64,000 nt of DNA from Epithemia pelagica (Eukaryota > Protista > Bacillariophyta), in contig OX337230.1 in assembly GCA_946965045.2 (NCBI GenBank), positions 3,844,001 to 3,908,000 on the forward strand, in the 5' to 3' direction. Within the stretch, counting starts at the first letter, position 1, and each line of letters begins with the position of its first letter. The notes beneath the pieces were generated by a model, which saw nothing but the letters and a program-made list of their open reading frames with translations, was not told the origin of the DNA and did not search any database. Made by a program: the position numbers and the translations under genes. Positions 44,009 through 54,807 of this stretch are shown in pieces.

Positions 44009-47000
44009 ATGGATCCTCAATCACCCAAGACACCTACGACTCCTAAGGGAGAGGATAACCAAGACAATGTCTCGGACACAGACCTATTCGACCACATCAT
44101 ATTTACTGTCTGCCAATTCTTCACCAAAGAAAGGGCCGACTACTTAATGAAGTGGATGAAATACCATGGTTTTGAGAACATTACCCATGTTATCTCGTAT
44201 ATGCAAACTAATACCGAGGAATCCATGAAGGAACTGACACAATACAAGGTCAACAAACAGACACATGATCTACAAGGCCCCACAAGACAGCAGATCAAGC
44301 TCTTGGCTTATTGGGCCACATACAAGACCAATGAAATTCAAGACGAGCTATCCAATAGCGACTGGATGAACCTAACGAGGAAAGAGTTCAACACTTGGAG
44401 GATCAACACAGATTTCTCTAAGGGACCACCTAGCCAAGTCCCAGTCTCGCCAATGAAGTCACCGTCATCTGTGAAATCTGTCAGCACAGTTACTGCCGCA
44501 TCCCAATCTCAACAAGACCTTACAGCATTCAGAAAGGGAACTAAGCGCGACGCAACTGCATATGAGGTATTCAAGGATGAACGATACTATGATTCATTCT
44601 GGCGTGTATTCAAGACTACAGCTAAGGCTCAAGGCCTATCCAACGTTCTGAATTTCAAATACACACCACCCCATGATGATGAGTATGCCGAAGAACTTTT
44701 TCAAGAGCAACAAGTATTTCTTTACTCCGTTCTTGTCCGTATCATTCAGACTGACCAAGGTCGAGCCTATGTACGTGAACATGAACATGATGAAGATGCG
44801 CGTGCCGTATTGCAGAAGTTACACTCTTTGCATACCGAATCCGACCTAGCAAAGCGAGAAGTCCTCCGCTTAACCAACTACATTTCCAATCTACGTCTTG
44901 ACGACACATGGCGCGGAACAACACGTCAATTTCTTCTACACTTTCAAGAGCAGCTACGTTTGCTAGACAATTTAGTGACATTGTCTGATCGCATCCCTGA
45001 TCATACCAGGATGACCTTCCTCATGCAAGCTGTAGAAAAGGTACCTGATCTCCGCCGAGTCAAGATCTTGGATAATGTGGTGAACACCAAATCCGGTGCA
45101 AAATCCCTTTGCTATCAATCATACTTCCGTCTCCTTCTCGACGCAGCTTATGACCATGATCAAGCAACCCAGTCATCTGTTCATAGTCGCCGTCGACATG
45201 TCAAACAACATGAATCACTATATGGCCAAGATACAGATGCTGACATAACCTCACAAGATGATATGGAATATCATGTCCACAACACCAAAGCGACATCTGA
45301 ATCTCCATCCTCTTCGTCCAAGGTTAGTCTACCGCGTGACCTATGGTTCAAACTTTCTGAAGAAGATCGCAAGTTGATCATTGAGTATAACAAGGTGATT
45401 CAAGCACCTTCATCAACAACACCGAGGACAGTGCAAACACATGCCCTCGACATTGATCCGGAACCTGATCCTGACCCCAACCAAGTTGCATCTGATGACG
45501 ACTCACCTGGCGTAGTCCCTGAGCATTCAGATGATTCAGATCCGGTTACACAATTTATCAACCAAGCCATGACGACTGATATCAATCACCCGGCAACTGA
45601 CCTGACTAGTGTTCTTTCTAACGCCAAGTCCAAGACAAGCAAGAAGGTTACTTTCAAAGCCAACATGCATAAACAAGCAGGACATGTTCCACGCTATCTG
45701 TTTTCCAGGAAATCTACTTTACCAGGGAATCAATTGATTGACCGTGGTGCTAATGGAGGACTTGCTGGTTCTGACATGCGCATCCTTTCTAAGACTGGCC
45801 GCCATATCACTATTGTGGGTATTGATAACCATGAACTTACTGGACTTCCTGTCGTCACATGTGCCGCAAAGTTTGAGACCAATGATGGACCTATTGTCGG
45901 CATCTTCAATGAATATGCTTATTATGGGAAGGGCTTATCTATCCATGCTCCTGGTCAATTCGAGCATTTCGGACTTGCTGTTGATGAACGATCTGTTAAA
46001 GTTGATGGTAAACAACGCATCACTACACTTGATGGCCGTGCCATACCCCTTCACATCAAGGATGGGTTAGCCTACATACACTCCTTGGGTATCCCCAGCG
46101 ACGATGACATGGATACCTTACCTCAGATCATCTTCACGTCACCCGACGCATGGGATCCTGGTGTTCTGGACCATTCGTATTCTCCCACACCCTCTGACAA
46201 TGATCCTGATTGGAAACACGTCAAGACTGATGGTAGTATGTCGAACCATCCATATGACAACTATGGGGAGTACACTGATCGTGTTGTTTGTAACCTCAAT
46301 CTCCTTTTGGATCTCCCATACGATCATGGACCTGACGACGCACCCTTCTTTTCTATCTATGCTGACGCAGAAGGTAATGATCCTACACTTCATGCCTCTG
46401 TCCACCGTCGTTACCAGGAAGCGTATGACTGGAAGAAGTTCCGTCCATTCTTTGGTTGGCAATCTGAAGATGTTATTGCCGATACGTTCAAGCACACTAC
46501 ACGTAATGGTAGCATTACTTTTGACCACGACACCCTCAAGAAACATTTCAAGGCTCGCAATCCGGTCCTTAATATACCTCGACGCCATGAACCCGTTGCT
46601 ACTGACTCGGTTTTCTCCGACACCCCTGCTGTTGACCATGGCGGTAAAGTCGCACAAATCTTTGTTGGTCGAGATACTCTGGTTACTGATATCTATGGGA
46701 TCAAGTCAACCAAACAGTTTGTCAATACTCTTCAGGACAACATCCGGTTTCGTGGTGCCATGGAGACTCTTATCAGTGATGGTGGTTCATCTCTCATCTC
46801 TCAAAAGGTTAAAGACATTCTTCGCACTTTGCTTATTGGGGAGTATCGATCCGAACCTTATCATCAACACCAGAATAAGGCTGAAAACCGTTACCAGACC
46901 GTTAAACGTATGACCAACGCTCTCATGAATGCCACTGGTTGCCCTGCCAACACCTGGCTTCTTTGCCTTGAGTATGTCTGTGACTTATTGAACCATACGT

Positions 47001-49696
47001 CATCACCCACCCACTCCGGTCGCACTCCTCTTGAGGCTCTCTCCGGACGCCCACCCGACATTACTCATCTCTTGTTCTTTCCTTTCTGGGATGAGGTTTA
47101 CTACCGTGTCGACCCCGCTGAACCCAATTCCGGTTCATATCCATCTTCTTCTGATGAGAAACTTGGCCACTGGGTTGGTTTTGCTCACAACGTTGGTGAT
47201 TCTTTTACTTGGAAGATTCTCACCCAGGATAACCAGATCATCTACCGTTCTGCCGTTCGCCGTGTTGAATCCACTACACCTAACCTACGTGTGGATCGAC
47301 CTTCAGGGGAGGATTCGTCTGAGAAGGATGACAATGATAAGCAAGCTGACACTGTCTTCATTCGCAGTGATAGTGAAGATCCATCCAAACCAATGCCCAC
47401 GATCGATTTTGACGACATGATAGGACGCACATTCCTATGCGACACAGAAGAAAATGGGGAGCGACACCGTGCACGTGTCATCAAACGAGTCATTGATCTT
47501 AATGAAGAAGCAACGAAACAGGAAGAACGTGTCAAGTACATCTACCGAAAGACAAATTCTGATGTTGATGAGATGATATCCTATAATCAACTCATGGAGT
47601 ATATCGAACGAGATAACCAAGCTCAAACCTCTGGAGATAATCTTTTCAGGTTCAGGGACGTCATTGCCCATCAAGGCCCACTGAACACAACTGATCCAGA
47701 TTACAAGGGGAGCAAATATAATTTGCTTGTTGATTGGGAAACTGGGGAGACTACCTATGAACCTTTATCACTCATCGCCAATGATGATCCGATCACTGTA
47801 GCAATTTATGGAAAGAAACATGATTTACTCAACGAACCTGGATGGAAGCATTTGAAACGTTATGTCAAAACAAGCAAACGTCTCATTCGAGCAGCCAAAC
47901 AGTCAAGGATTAAACAAGTTCATCATTCCGTCAAGTATAAGTTTGGATTCCAAGTACCACGCAATTATGAGGAAGCTGTCGCTCTTGATAAACAACATGG
48001 CAACACAAAGTGGCAGGATGCAACAGAATTAGAATTGTCACAGATCCAGTCCTACAAGACATTCAAGGATTTTGGGAAAGCCATCTTCATTAAAGGGAAA
48101 GTATCCAATGCACCTGAAGGATATCATAAGATACGTGTACATCTTGTTTTTGACGTAAAACATGATGGACGACATAAAGCAAGACTTGTCGCAGATGGAC
48201 ATCTCACGAAAGAACCTGTTGAGACAATCTATTCAGGTGTTGTTTCCATTCGCAACCTCCGCATTGCCTTATTCCTGGGTACTTTGAATGACTTGGAAAT
48301 ATGGGGAGCAGATATTGGAAATGCATATCTGGAAGCCTTGACAGGGGAGAAAATTTTCATTGTCGCAGGACCTGAATTCAAGGAATTAGAAGGTCACATC
48401 CTGATTATATACAAGGCACTTTATGGATTGAAGTCATCAGGCGCACGCTGGCATGATGTCTTATTCGATGTTTTGACAGACATGGGATTTTCACCAAGCA
48501 AAGCAGACCCGGATATCTGGATGAGGAAAGCACCTGGAGAAGACTGTTACGAATACATTGCCGTATACGTTGATGACTTAGCCATTATTTCTACTGATCC
48601 TGGGAATATCTGCAAGATCCTGAAGGAGAAATACAACTTCAAACTCAAAGGAGATGGACCTATTGATTTCCATTTGGGATGTTGTTACACCAAGGATTCT
48701 GATGGAACATTAGTAGCAGATCCAAGACGCTACATTGGTAAGATGATGGACACTTTCGAACGAATCTTCAAGGAGAAACCCAAGAAAGCCAAAACACCTC
48801 TTATTGGTGGAGACCATCCTGAATTGGATGATTCTGAGCTCCTTGATGAAGAAGGTACTAGCCATTTCCAAACTCTGATTGGACAACTCCAATGGGTGAT
48901 CACTATTGGTCGTTTCGACGTCTTCACCGCTACAATGACGCTATCACGCTTTCGCGCTGCTCCGAGGAAAGGACATCTTGATAGAGCCAAGCGTATCTAT
49001 GGATACCTTGCACATCTCCCAGAAGGCGCAATCAGATTTAGGATTGGAGAGCCTGATTATTCAAGTCTTCCTACCCAAGAATTTGATTGGACTCGCACTG
49101 TCTATTCGAATGCAAGTGAACGTATTCCTGAAGACTGCCCAACACCTCTTGGCCGCTATGTTACCACAACTCATTATGTTGATGCCAATCTCATGCATGA
49201 CATAGTCACTGGTAAATCCGTCACTGCTGTTCTACATTTGTTGAATGGAACACCTATTGACTGGTACAGCAAAAGACAGAGCACGGTGGAAACTGCTACC
49301 TATGGATCCGAGTTTGTGGCTGCAAGGACAGCAATAGATCAGATTACAGAATTACGACATTCTCTCCGCTACCTTGGAGTACCTATCCGAGAGCGAAGTT
49401 ACATGTACGGAGATAACAGATCCGTTGTGCTCAATGCAACCGTTCCTCATTCCATACTATCCAAGAGACACCATCTTCTGTCATACCACCGAGTTCGTGA
49501 AGCCATCGCAGCAAAGTATGTGGCATTCTACTGGAAAGATGGAAAGACCAACCCTGCCGATATCCTTAGCAAACATTGGGATTTCGTATCTATTTGGCCC
49601 ATGCTCAAGCCATTGCTGTTTTGGAAAGGAGAAGTTCAAGATCTCAACAAATCCAATGATGACAAGGCTGAAACGACGAGTTGTGGGGAGTGTTAG
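44009..49696 (+). CDS. Inner element Gag-Pol polyprotein (1895 aa)
   Basis: LIDRGANGG protease; VATDSVF...ISDGG...QNKAE integrase; ADIGNAYL and AVYVDDL RT; YVDAN...GSEFVA...GDN RNase H. The stop lies inside the 3' LTR. Confidence 0.97.
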   Translation: MDPQSPKTPTTPKGEDNQDNVSDTDLFDHIIFTVCQFFTKERADYLMKWMKYHGFENITHVISYMQTNTEESMKELTQYKVNKQTHDLQGPTRQQIKLLAYWATYKTNEIQDELSNSDWMNLTRKEFNTWRINTDFSKGPPSQVPVSPMKSPSSVKSVSTVTAASQSQQDLTAFRKGTKRDATAYEVFKDERYYDSFWRVFKTTAKAQGLSNVLNFKYTPPHDDEYAEELFQEQQVFLYSVLVRIIQTDQGRAYVREHEHDEDARAVLQKLHSLHTESDLAKREVLRLTNYISNLRLDDTWRGTTRQFLLHFQEQLRLLDNLVTLSDRIPDHTRMTFLMQAVEKVPDLRRVKILDNVVNTKSGAKSLCYQSYFRLLLDAAYDHDQATQSSVHSRRRHVKQHESLYGQDTDADITSQDDMEYHVHNTKATSESPSSSSKVSLPRDLWFKLSEEDRKLIIEYNKVIQAPSSTTPRTVQTHALDIDPEPDPDPNQVASDDDSPGVVPEHSDDSDPVTQFINQAMTTDINHPATDLTSVLSNAKSKTSKKVTFKANMHKQAGHVPRYLFSRKSTLPGNQLIDRGANGGLAGSDMRILSKTGRHITIVGIDNHELTGLPVVTCAAKFETNDGPIVGIFNEYAYYGKGLSIHAPGQFEHFGLAVDERSVKVDGKQRITTLDGRAIPLHIKDGLAYIHSLGIPSDDDMDTLPQIIFTSPDAWDPGVLDHSYSPTPSDNDPDWKHVKTDGSMSNHPYDNYGEYTDRVVCNLNLLLDLPYDHGPDDAPFFSIYADAEGNDPTLHASVHRRYQEAYDWKKFRPFFGWQSEDVIADTFKHTTRNGSITFDHDTLKKHFKARNPVLNIPRRHEPVATDSVFSDTPAVDHGGKVAQIFVGRDTLVTDIYGIKSTKQFVNTLQDNIRFRGAMETLISDGGSSLISQKVKDILRTLLIGEYRSEPYHQHQNKAENRYQTVKRMTNALMNATGCPANTWLLCLEYVCDLLNHTSSPTHSGRTPLEALSGRPPDITHLLFFPFWDEVYYRVDPAEPNSGSYPSSSDEKLGHWVGFAHNVGDSFTWKILTQDNQIIYRSAVRRVESTTPNLRVDRPSGEDSSEKDDNDKQADTVFIRSDSEDPSKPMPTIDFDDMIGRTFLCDTEENGERHRARVIKRVIDLNEEATKQEERVKYIYRKTNSDVDEMISYNQLMEYIERDNQAQTSGDNLFRFRDVIAHQGPLNTTDPDYKGSKYNLLVDWETGETTYEPLSLIANDDPITVAIYGKKHDLLNEPGWKHLKRYVKTSKRLIRAAKQSRIKQVHHSVKYKFGFQVPRNYEEAVALDKQHGNTKWQDATELELSQIQSYKTFKDFGKAIFIKGKVSNAPEGYHKIRVHLVFDVKHDGRHKARLVADGHLTKEPVETIYSGVVSIRNLRIALFLGTLNDLEIWGADIGNAYLEALTGEKIFIVAGPEFKELEGHILIIYKALYGLKSSGARWHDVLFDVLTDMGFSPSKADPDIWMRKAPGEDCYEYIAVYVDDLAIISTDPGNICKILKEKYNFKLKGDGPIDFHLGCCYTKDSDGTLVADPRRYIGKMMDTFERIFKEKPKKAKTPLIGGDHPELDDSELLDEEGTSHFQTLIGQLQWVITIGRFDVFTATMTLSRFRAAPRKGHLDRAKRIYGYLAHLPEGAIRFRIGEPDYSSLPTQEFDWTRTVYSNASERIPEDCPTPLGRYVTTTHYVDANLMHDIVTGKSVTAVLHLLNGTPIDWYSKRQSTVETATYGSEFVAARTAIDQITELRHSLRYLGVPIRERSYMYGDNRSVVLNATVPHSILSKRHHLLSYHRVREAIAAKYVAFYWKDGKTNPADILSKHWDFVSIWPMLKPLLFWKGEVQDLNKSNDDKAETTSCGEC

Positions 49697-50473
49697 AATT
49701 CTCACCGTCTATGGTGGTTAGATTCTACATCTCATCGATTCCCCATGTCACATAGCCTCGTGCTATCGCATCATGCCCTCTAGCTTCGAGCTATGTTTCC
49801 TAGCTTCGCGCTATATCGACCTATATTTCTTCGCAAATCATGAAAAGTGAGAATAGATTGACGAACTCACTCTCAAGACTAAACTGGGTCGTGCGGTATT
49901 ACAACGGACGTAAATTTGGCCGTTGCTCGGACATTATACTAACGCCCTAAGCGTACGCGCCCGAAATCATCGAGCGCGCCCAAGCGACATCCGAGCGCTA
50001 TCGGCATCTATCCGACCCAACGGTCTAAGTATCCCAAGCACGACACACGATCACGCGAGACCATATTTCCATTCCCACAATCTCCAAATTGTCAACAAGC
50101 TGCGCGCCATGAAAACAACTATGCCAACCCAAAGCAAGAGCTGTTGACCCTGTATATGTTATCCGCCCACATATACATGTCATATACATCACATGAATCA
50201 ACTCCAACTATTCCAAACCTGTTGCCGCCAAGAACCTATGACACATGACCCTTGGCAGGACCGAACATTTCACGTAGACCTATCGTAGTAATCAACACAC
50301 AATCTAACAATATCACCATTTATCACATCTTCTTTTGTGTCCCGACTATCCTTCTGATAGACTTCGACTTGCTTGCTTCTCTGACCCTGAGAAGCTTGTA
50401 TCGGTTGGTGACCTACCTGATTGTCTGCTCTACCGAGCATCAATGTCCCTACGATTCAGAAAGAATTGTAACA
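49691..50473 (+). repeat. Inner element 3' LTR (783 bp)
   Basis: Direct repeat of 42090-42872. Confidence 0.97.
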
Positions 50474-50478
50474 GTACC

Positions 50479-52039
50479 AATTGGATACAAACATATCCCA
50501 TGTCATATGGTCTTTGATATCAAGTCTGATCTTCGCCGTAAAGCCCGACTGGTTGCCGGCGGGCATAAGACTGATCCACCGAAGGAATCCACGTACTCCA
50601 GTGTTGTATCCCGTGATAGCGTACGAATTGCATTCACTATCGCTGCCCTTAATGGCCTGGACGTGTTGGCCGGGGACGTACAAAATGCATACCTCAATGC
50701 ACCAACAAAAGAGCGAACTTATATTACGGCGGGACTAGAATTTGGTCCCGAAAACGTTGGCCGACCTGCACTGATTGTTCGTGCTCTGTATGGTTTGAAG
50801 AGTTCTGCTGCTCGTTGGCGTGATCACATTGCCGCAACACTTCGTGAAATGAAGTTCAACAGTTGCTTGGCTGACCCTGATGTCTGGCTTCGACCTCAAG
50901 TCCGACCATCTGATGGGTTCCAATACTATGAGTATGTACTTGTCTACATAGACGACATACTCTGTGTCAGTCATGATCCGCGATCGATTATGAATGATCT
51001 GGAAAAACGGTATACAATCAAACCCGAGAGTATTAAAGACCCAGACGAATACTTGGGATCTGAGATTCGACACTATACCATACCAGATACTGACGATCCT
51101 GAGAACAAACCCCGATGGGCCATGTCCTCCGACAAATATGTTAAACGTGCCATATCTGAAATTGAGACCGAACTGTCTAAAGTTGGCCAAAAGCTACAGA
51201 CACGAGTCTCAACTCCGCTTGCCACTGGGTATCGTCCTGAGATCGACTCATCTCCTGAACTGGACCCCCGACGTGCAAATTACTATCAGGGACTAATTGG
51301 TATCCTTCGTTGGGTTGTGGAACTTGGTCGTATCGATATCATTGTTGCCGTATCACAACTGTCCCGATATCTAGCCATGCCACGTGAAGGACACCTCGAA
51401 CAAGCCTTGCACATTTTTGCATACCTAAAAGCGCATGGACGTTCCACCCTTGTGTTCGACGACACAACTCCGACCTTCGACGAGGATCGTTTCTTCCAGG
51501 CGGACTGGTCTGAATACTACCCTGATGCTAGTGACCCTTTGCCGCCCAATATGCCACCACCTCGTGGACGGGCTGTTACCACAACTTGTTTTGTTGATGC
51601 CGATCACGCTGGTTGTCTTGCTACGCGTCGCTCACAAACTGGTATTCTTATGTTCTTACAACGAGCACCTATCTTGTGGTATTCCAAACGACAGAGTACT
51701 GTTGAGACATCAACATTTGGCTCCGAATTTGTCGCAATGAAGACTGCCATCGAACAGATAGAGGGTTTCCGTTACAAGTTGAGAATGATGGGCATTCCAC
51801 TTGATGGCGAAACCAATGTGTTCTGTGATAATGAATCTGTGTTCAAGAGTGCAACCATGCCAGAAGTCACTCTGAAGAAGAAACACAATGCGATTGCTTA
51901 CCATCGCACACGTGAGGCACAAGCCGCCAACATCGTGCGTATCGCCTGGGAAGAAGGTGAAACCAATCTTGCCGACCTGCTGACAAAATCGTTACCAGGA
52001 CCCCGATTGCGTTTTCTAGCACAACGCGTTTTGTGGTGA
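50479..52039 (+). CDS. pol: Outer element Pol, 3' part (RT and RNase H)
   Basis: HMVFDIK...KARLVAGGH, AGDVQNAYL, LVYIDDIL, FVDADHAG and TFGSEFVA. Confidence 0.95.
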
Positions 52040-52194
52040 TTACATGATCGAATTCATTGTCCTCACACCCCCTCTTTTATTGTCCGAATAGACACCCCTC
52101 TTAATTGAGAAAAAATAGTCCTGATGGACCGGCCTCTGCTGAAACAAGTCGTGGGCGACCTAGTCGAAATGCTTCCGATCTAGCTCGCGGGGAC

Positions 52195-52369
52195 TGAATA
52201 AATCCCGCCAACAGGTCGCATATTGGCGGATACATGGTCGCATATTGGCGAATATGCATCGCCTACATATGCTGCTACGCATCTAGTTTTCTAGTCATAA
52301 TTTTGGTCTAGCCACTTGTTGCACGCCGTATACACCGTGTTGTAGCGTGTAGTGGCAGGATTTAATACA
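52195..52369 (+). repeat. Outer element 3' LTR (175 bp)
   Basis: Direct repeat of 36946-37120, preceded by GCGGGGAC. Confidence 0.95.
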
Positions 52370-52563
52370 AAAGTTCTCGTCCAGATCGTACATTTTGATT
52401 GGGTACAAGGTTTTGAATCCCGCCTGACTCGGAGAAAATGTGACAAGAACCGACAGTTTTTCAAACGTGCCCCATTCTTGACCCACACGTCTCCACTCTC
52501 TCACTTGTAAACCCCAAATTTTTTGGGAGAGATCCTGATACATCGGCGATATCATAGTTCACC

Positions 52564-53151
52564 ATGTTTCGATCCTGGACCAAGCTTCTTTCCCACAGTC
52601 GCGTCAAGCACTGTTGTGCTCGTCCGTGTATGAGCGGTTACCGCTCCAAGTCCTCCATCGGAAGAGAGGACAATTATTATATAAGGAAGCTGGAAAGCCA
52701 TTTCACTGAAAACAGGAAGGAAACAATGCATCTGTGGAATGAAATGCAGATTAAGGCCAAAGAAACAAAGAACGAAATGATGAATTTAGCCAAAGAAACG
52801 AACAGGAAAATAGATACGTGGGCCATTGGACTCAGTGGACTTTTGATCTCACTGTTCGGCGGCACTGTCATTTGCTGGCAGCAGCATTCGGCGAGCGTTT
52901 CATCACGTCTCCAAGCCCAGGACGTATGGATTCAAGCCCAGAACAAAGTAATCGCGTCCCATAGCAGTAAAGAAATGAAGGAGATGAAGGATCTGTTTGA
53001 TGAAATAATGTACAAGGAAGAACAAGAAAGATTAAAGAAGGTGTGCATGGAAAGGAACAGAATGGCACAGCAATTCACACTTGGGTGTTCGGTCACGTCC
53101 GTAATCATGGGACTTGTACTCGCATTAACCGCATTAACCGCATTCTGGTGA
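52564..53151 (+). CDS. Leader-cassette family membrane protein (195 aa; coiled coils and two hydrophobic helices)
   Basis: MFRSWTKLLSHSRVKHCCAR leader; WAIGLSGLLISLFGGTVICW and LGCSVTSVIMGLVLALTALTAFW helices. Confidence 0.6.
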   Translation: MFRSWTKLLSHSRVKHCCARPCMSGYRSKSSIGREDNYYIRKLESHFTENRKETMHLWNEMQIKAKETKNEMMNLAKETNRKIDTWAIGLSGLLISLFGGTVICWQQHSASVSSRLQAQDVWIQAQNKVIASHSSKEMKEMKDLFDEIMYKEEQERLKKVCMERNRMAQQFTLGCSVTSVIMGLVLALTALTAFW

Positions 53152-53267
53152 CGTATTTTCCAAGCGAATCGATTCCCAAGGTACTCGAGGACTCTTCCAA
53201 GACTCAAAGCTACTAGCCCAGGACAAGGTGATTTCGATCCGGAGCAGCAAGAAAGGAGTTTGAAACT

Positions 53268-53815
53268 TACTCTCGGATAGACAATTGAGAAAGGAAATAA
53301 TCATTCTTCCTTTTTGAGTCAAACGCTATTTTGTACTAGGGAAACTTATTCATGCGAGCGCGGGGATGTCCTTCCCATTCATTAGTTTTGGCAGGAGTAC
53401 AGCGACTCTTTGGACAGACACGATTCTTTACACCTCCCTCGAAATTTTAGGCCTCAATGGAGTTCACACCTCCCTCGAAATTATAGGCTTCAATGGAGAT
53501 TGATGCTTGAAAGCGTTTCGTTGGATTCCATGGTGTTGTGTTTCTGTCACGACGCTGTCTCATTTTGGGATTGTACGGACTTCTCCAGTCGAAAATGTCT
53601 ATATCGTGGTCGGTTTGGATTTTGAGAGAGGATCCCGCTCTTTCATCTTGCCACGTGTTGTTCCAATCGCTGGGCCGCTTGTTGCAATGTCTCGTCCGTT
53701 TTACAAAAGGCCAATCAAATTAAATTTTGAGCCAAGGAAACATTGGGCTTCGAATAAAAGGCCAATGGTGGAATGGCCGTGACACCCACCGTTTCGGTCG
53801 GTCATCCAACAGGCA
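53268..53815. repeat. Inverted copy of 56890-57407 (aminotransferase 3' end plus downstream module)
   Basis: Examples: GGCCGTGACACCCACCGTTTCGGTC and TACTCTCGGATAGACAATTGA match the reverse complement of 56890-57407. Confidence 0.8.
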
Positions 53816-54400
53816 CGGTTGTGGTGGTTGGTTCCGTCTCTGTCGTCTTGCCCAATCGTTTGGGGGTGGCCTTGTTGTTGCCGTGCCAATCAAACAACAA
53901 CCTCCGTGCACATTGCAAGCCACTGACACCCGCTCTGTCAATCAACACGTTGACATACTCAACCGGATTGTTATTGTTGTTGTCGTTGTCATTGTCTTTG
54001 GTGGTCGTTTTGTCATGGTGGTTGTATCCATACTTGTTGTTGTTGCTGTTGGTATAGCCAATGTGATGATTGGTCTCTGCGTTACGTTTGCCGGCTTCGT
54101 CCGATGCTGTTGTTGCTACTGTTGCTTGTTCTCCGGGCATTGGCACCACCCACAATTGTTGTTGTTGTTGTGGATTGCCTTTTATTCTTCTTTGTCTTCT
54201 TTTTCGTGGAGTCCAAGAGGGGCAGTCGCCCACACCAAATGCCGTCGATCGTCGTGTTCGATGGACTAGGACAAAGGATTCCGTCGTCTGGATCAATCCT
54301 CCCAGTCCTACTAGAAACAACAACAACAACAAGTTACTAGTGCAAAGGCACAACCGAACACGAAGAATGGTGGAAACGTGTGACCGCCACACTCGAACGC
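53815..54400 (-). pseudogene. 5' fragment of the amine oxidase gene
   Basis: LIQTTESFVLVHR and VEYVNVLIDRAGVSGLQCA; breaks off after the first FAD motif. Confidence 0.8.
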
Positions 54401-54807
54401 AGACGAGAATTGGCCGTCTCTCAATGAGAATGGTTGCACAGGTTTCGAGTTTTGAGGCCAGACTTTTGGTCCCTCTCTTCTAATATCTTTTTGTCGTCGT
54501 CGTGTGTGATGGTTGTGTCGTCATCGGCCAAATCTTACCGACGAGAGAATTCTTGGGAGCACGGATTTTTGTTGTGTGGTCGACTGGCCATGTGCGACTG
54601 CAGGTTGTCATCGTTAAAATGTGACCTATCCACGACCCCAAAAATCAAGTCGCGCATTAGATGCGTGAAATGTCGAAACTCCAAGATCCAAAAGATACAC
54701 AAAAAGTTCTCTCTCGTCGTCCGTTGTTCTGTATTTTATCCGATTCTAGAGAAAGGAGACAAGAATCCGCGACATTGCAGCAGAATCCCCAACAGCCGCA
54801 ATACACC

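Larger units (their letters stand above)
42090..50473 (+). mobile_element. Inner Ty1/copia LTR retrotransposon (8384 bp) nested in the outer pol
   Basis: 783-bp TG...CA LTRs at 42090-42872 and 49691-50473 that appear identical; 5-bp TSD GTACC at 42085-42089 and 50474-50478; purine tract before the 3' LTR. Confidence 0.97.
36946..52369 (+). mobile_element. Outer Ty1/copia (diatom CoDi-like) LTR retrotransposon, ~7.0 kb net, interrupted by a second copia element
   Basis: 175-bp TG...CA LTRs at 36946-37120 and 52195-52369 that appear identical. Flanks are AAAAG and AAAG (a 4-bp match, or a 5-bp TSD with a homopolymer slip). Order gag-PR-INT-RT-RH. Confidence 0.95.

Noticed and set aside
50252-50478. 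N-terminal 75 aa of the 595-aa ORF as a novel RT leader
   Set aside because: It is inner-LTR sequence (same text at 42651-42872) running by chance in frame into the interrupted outer pol.
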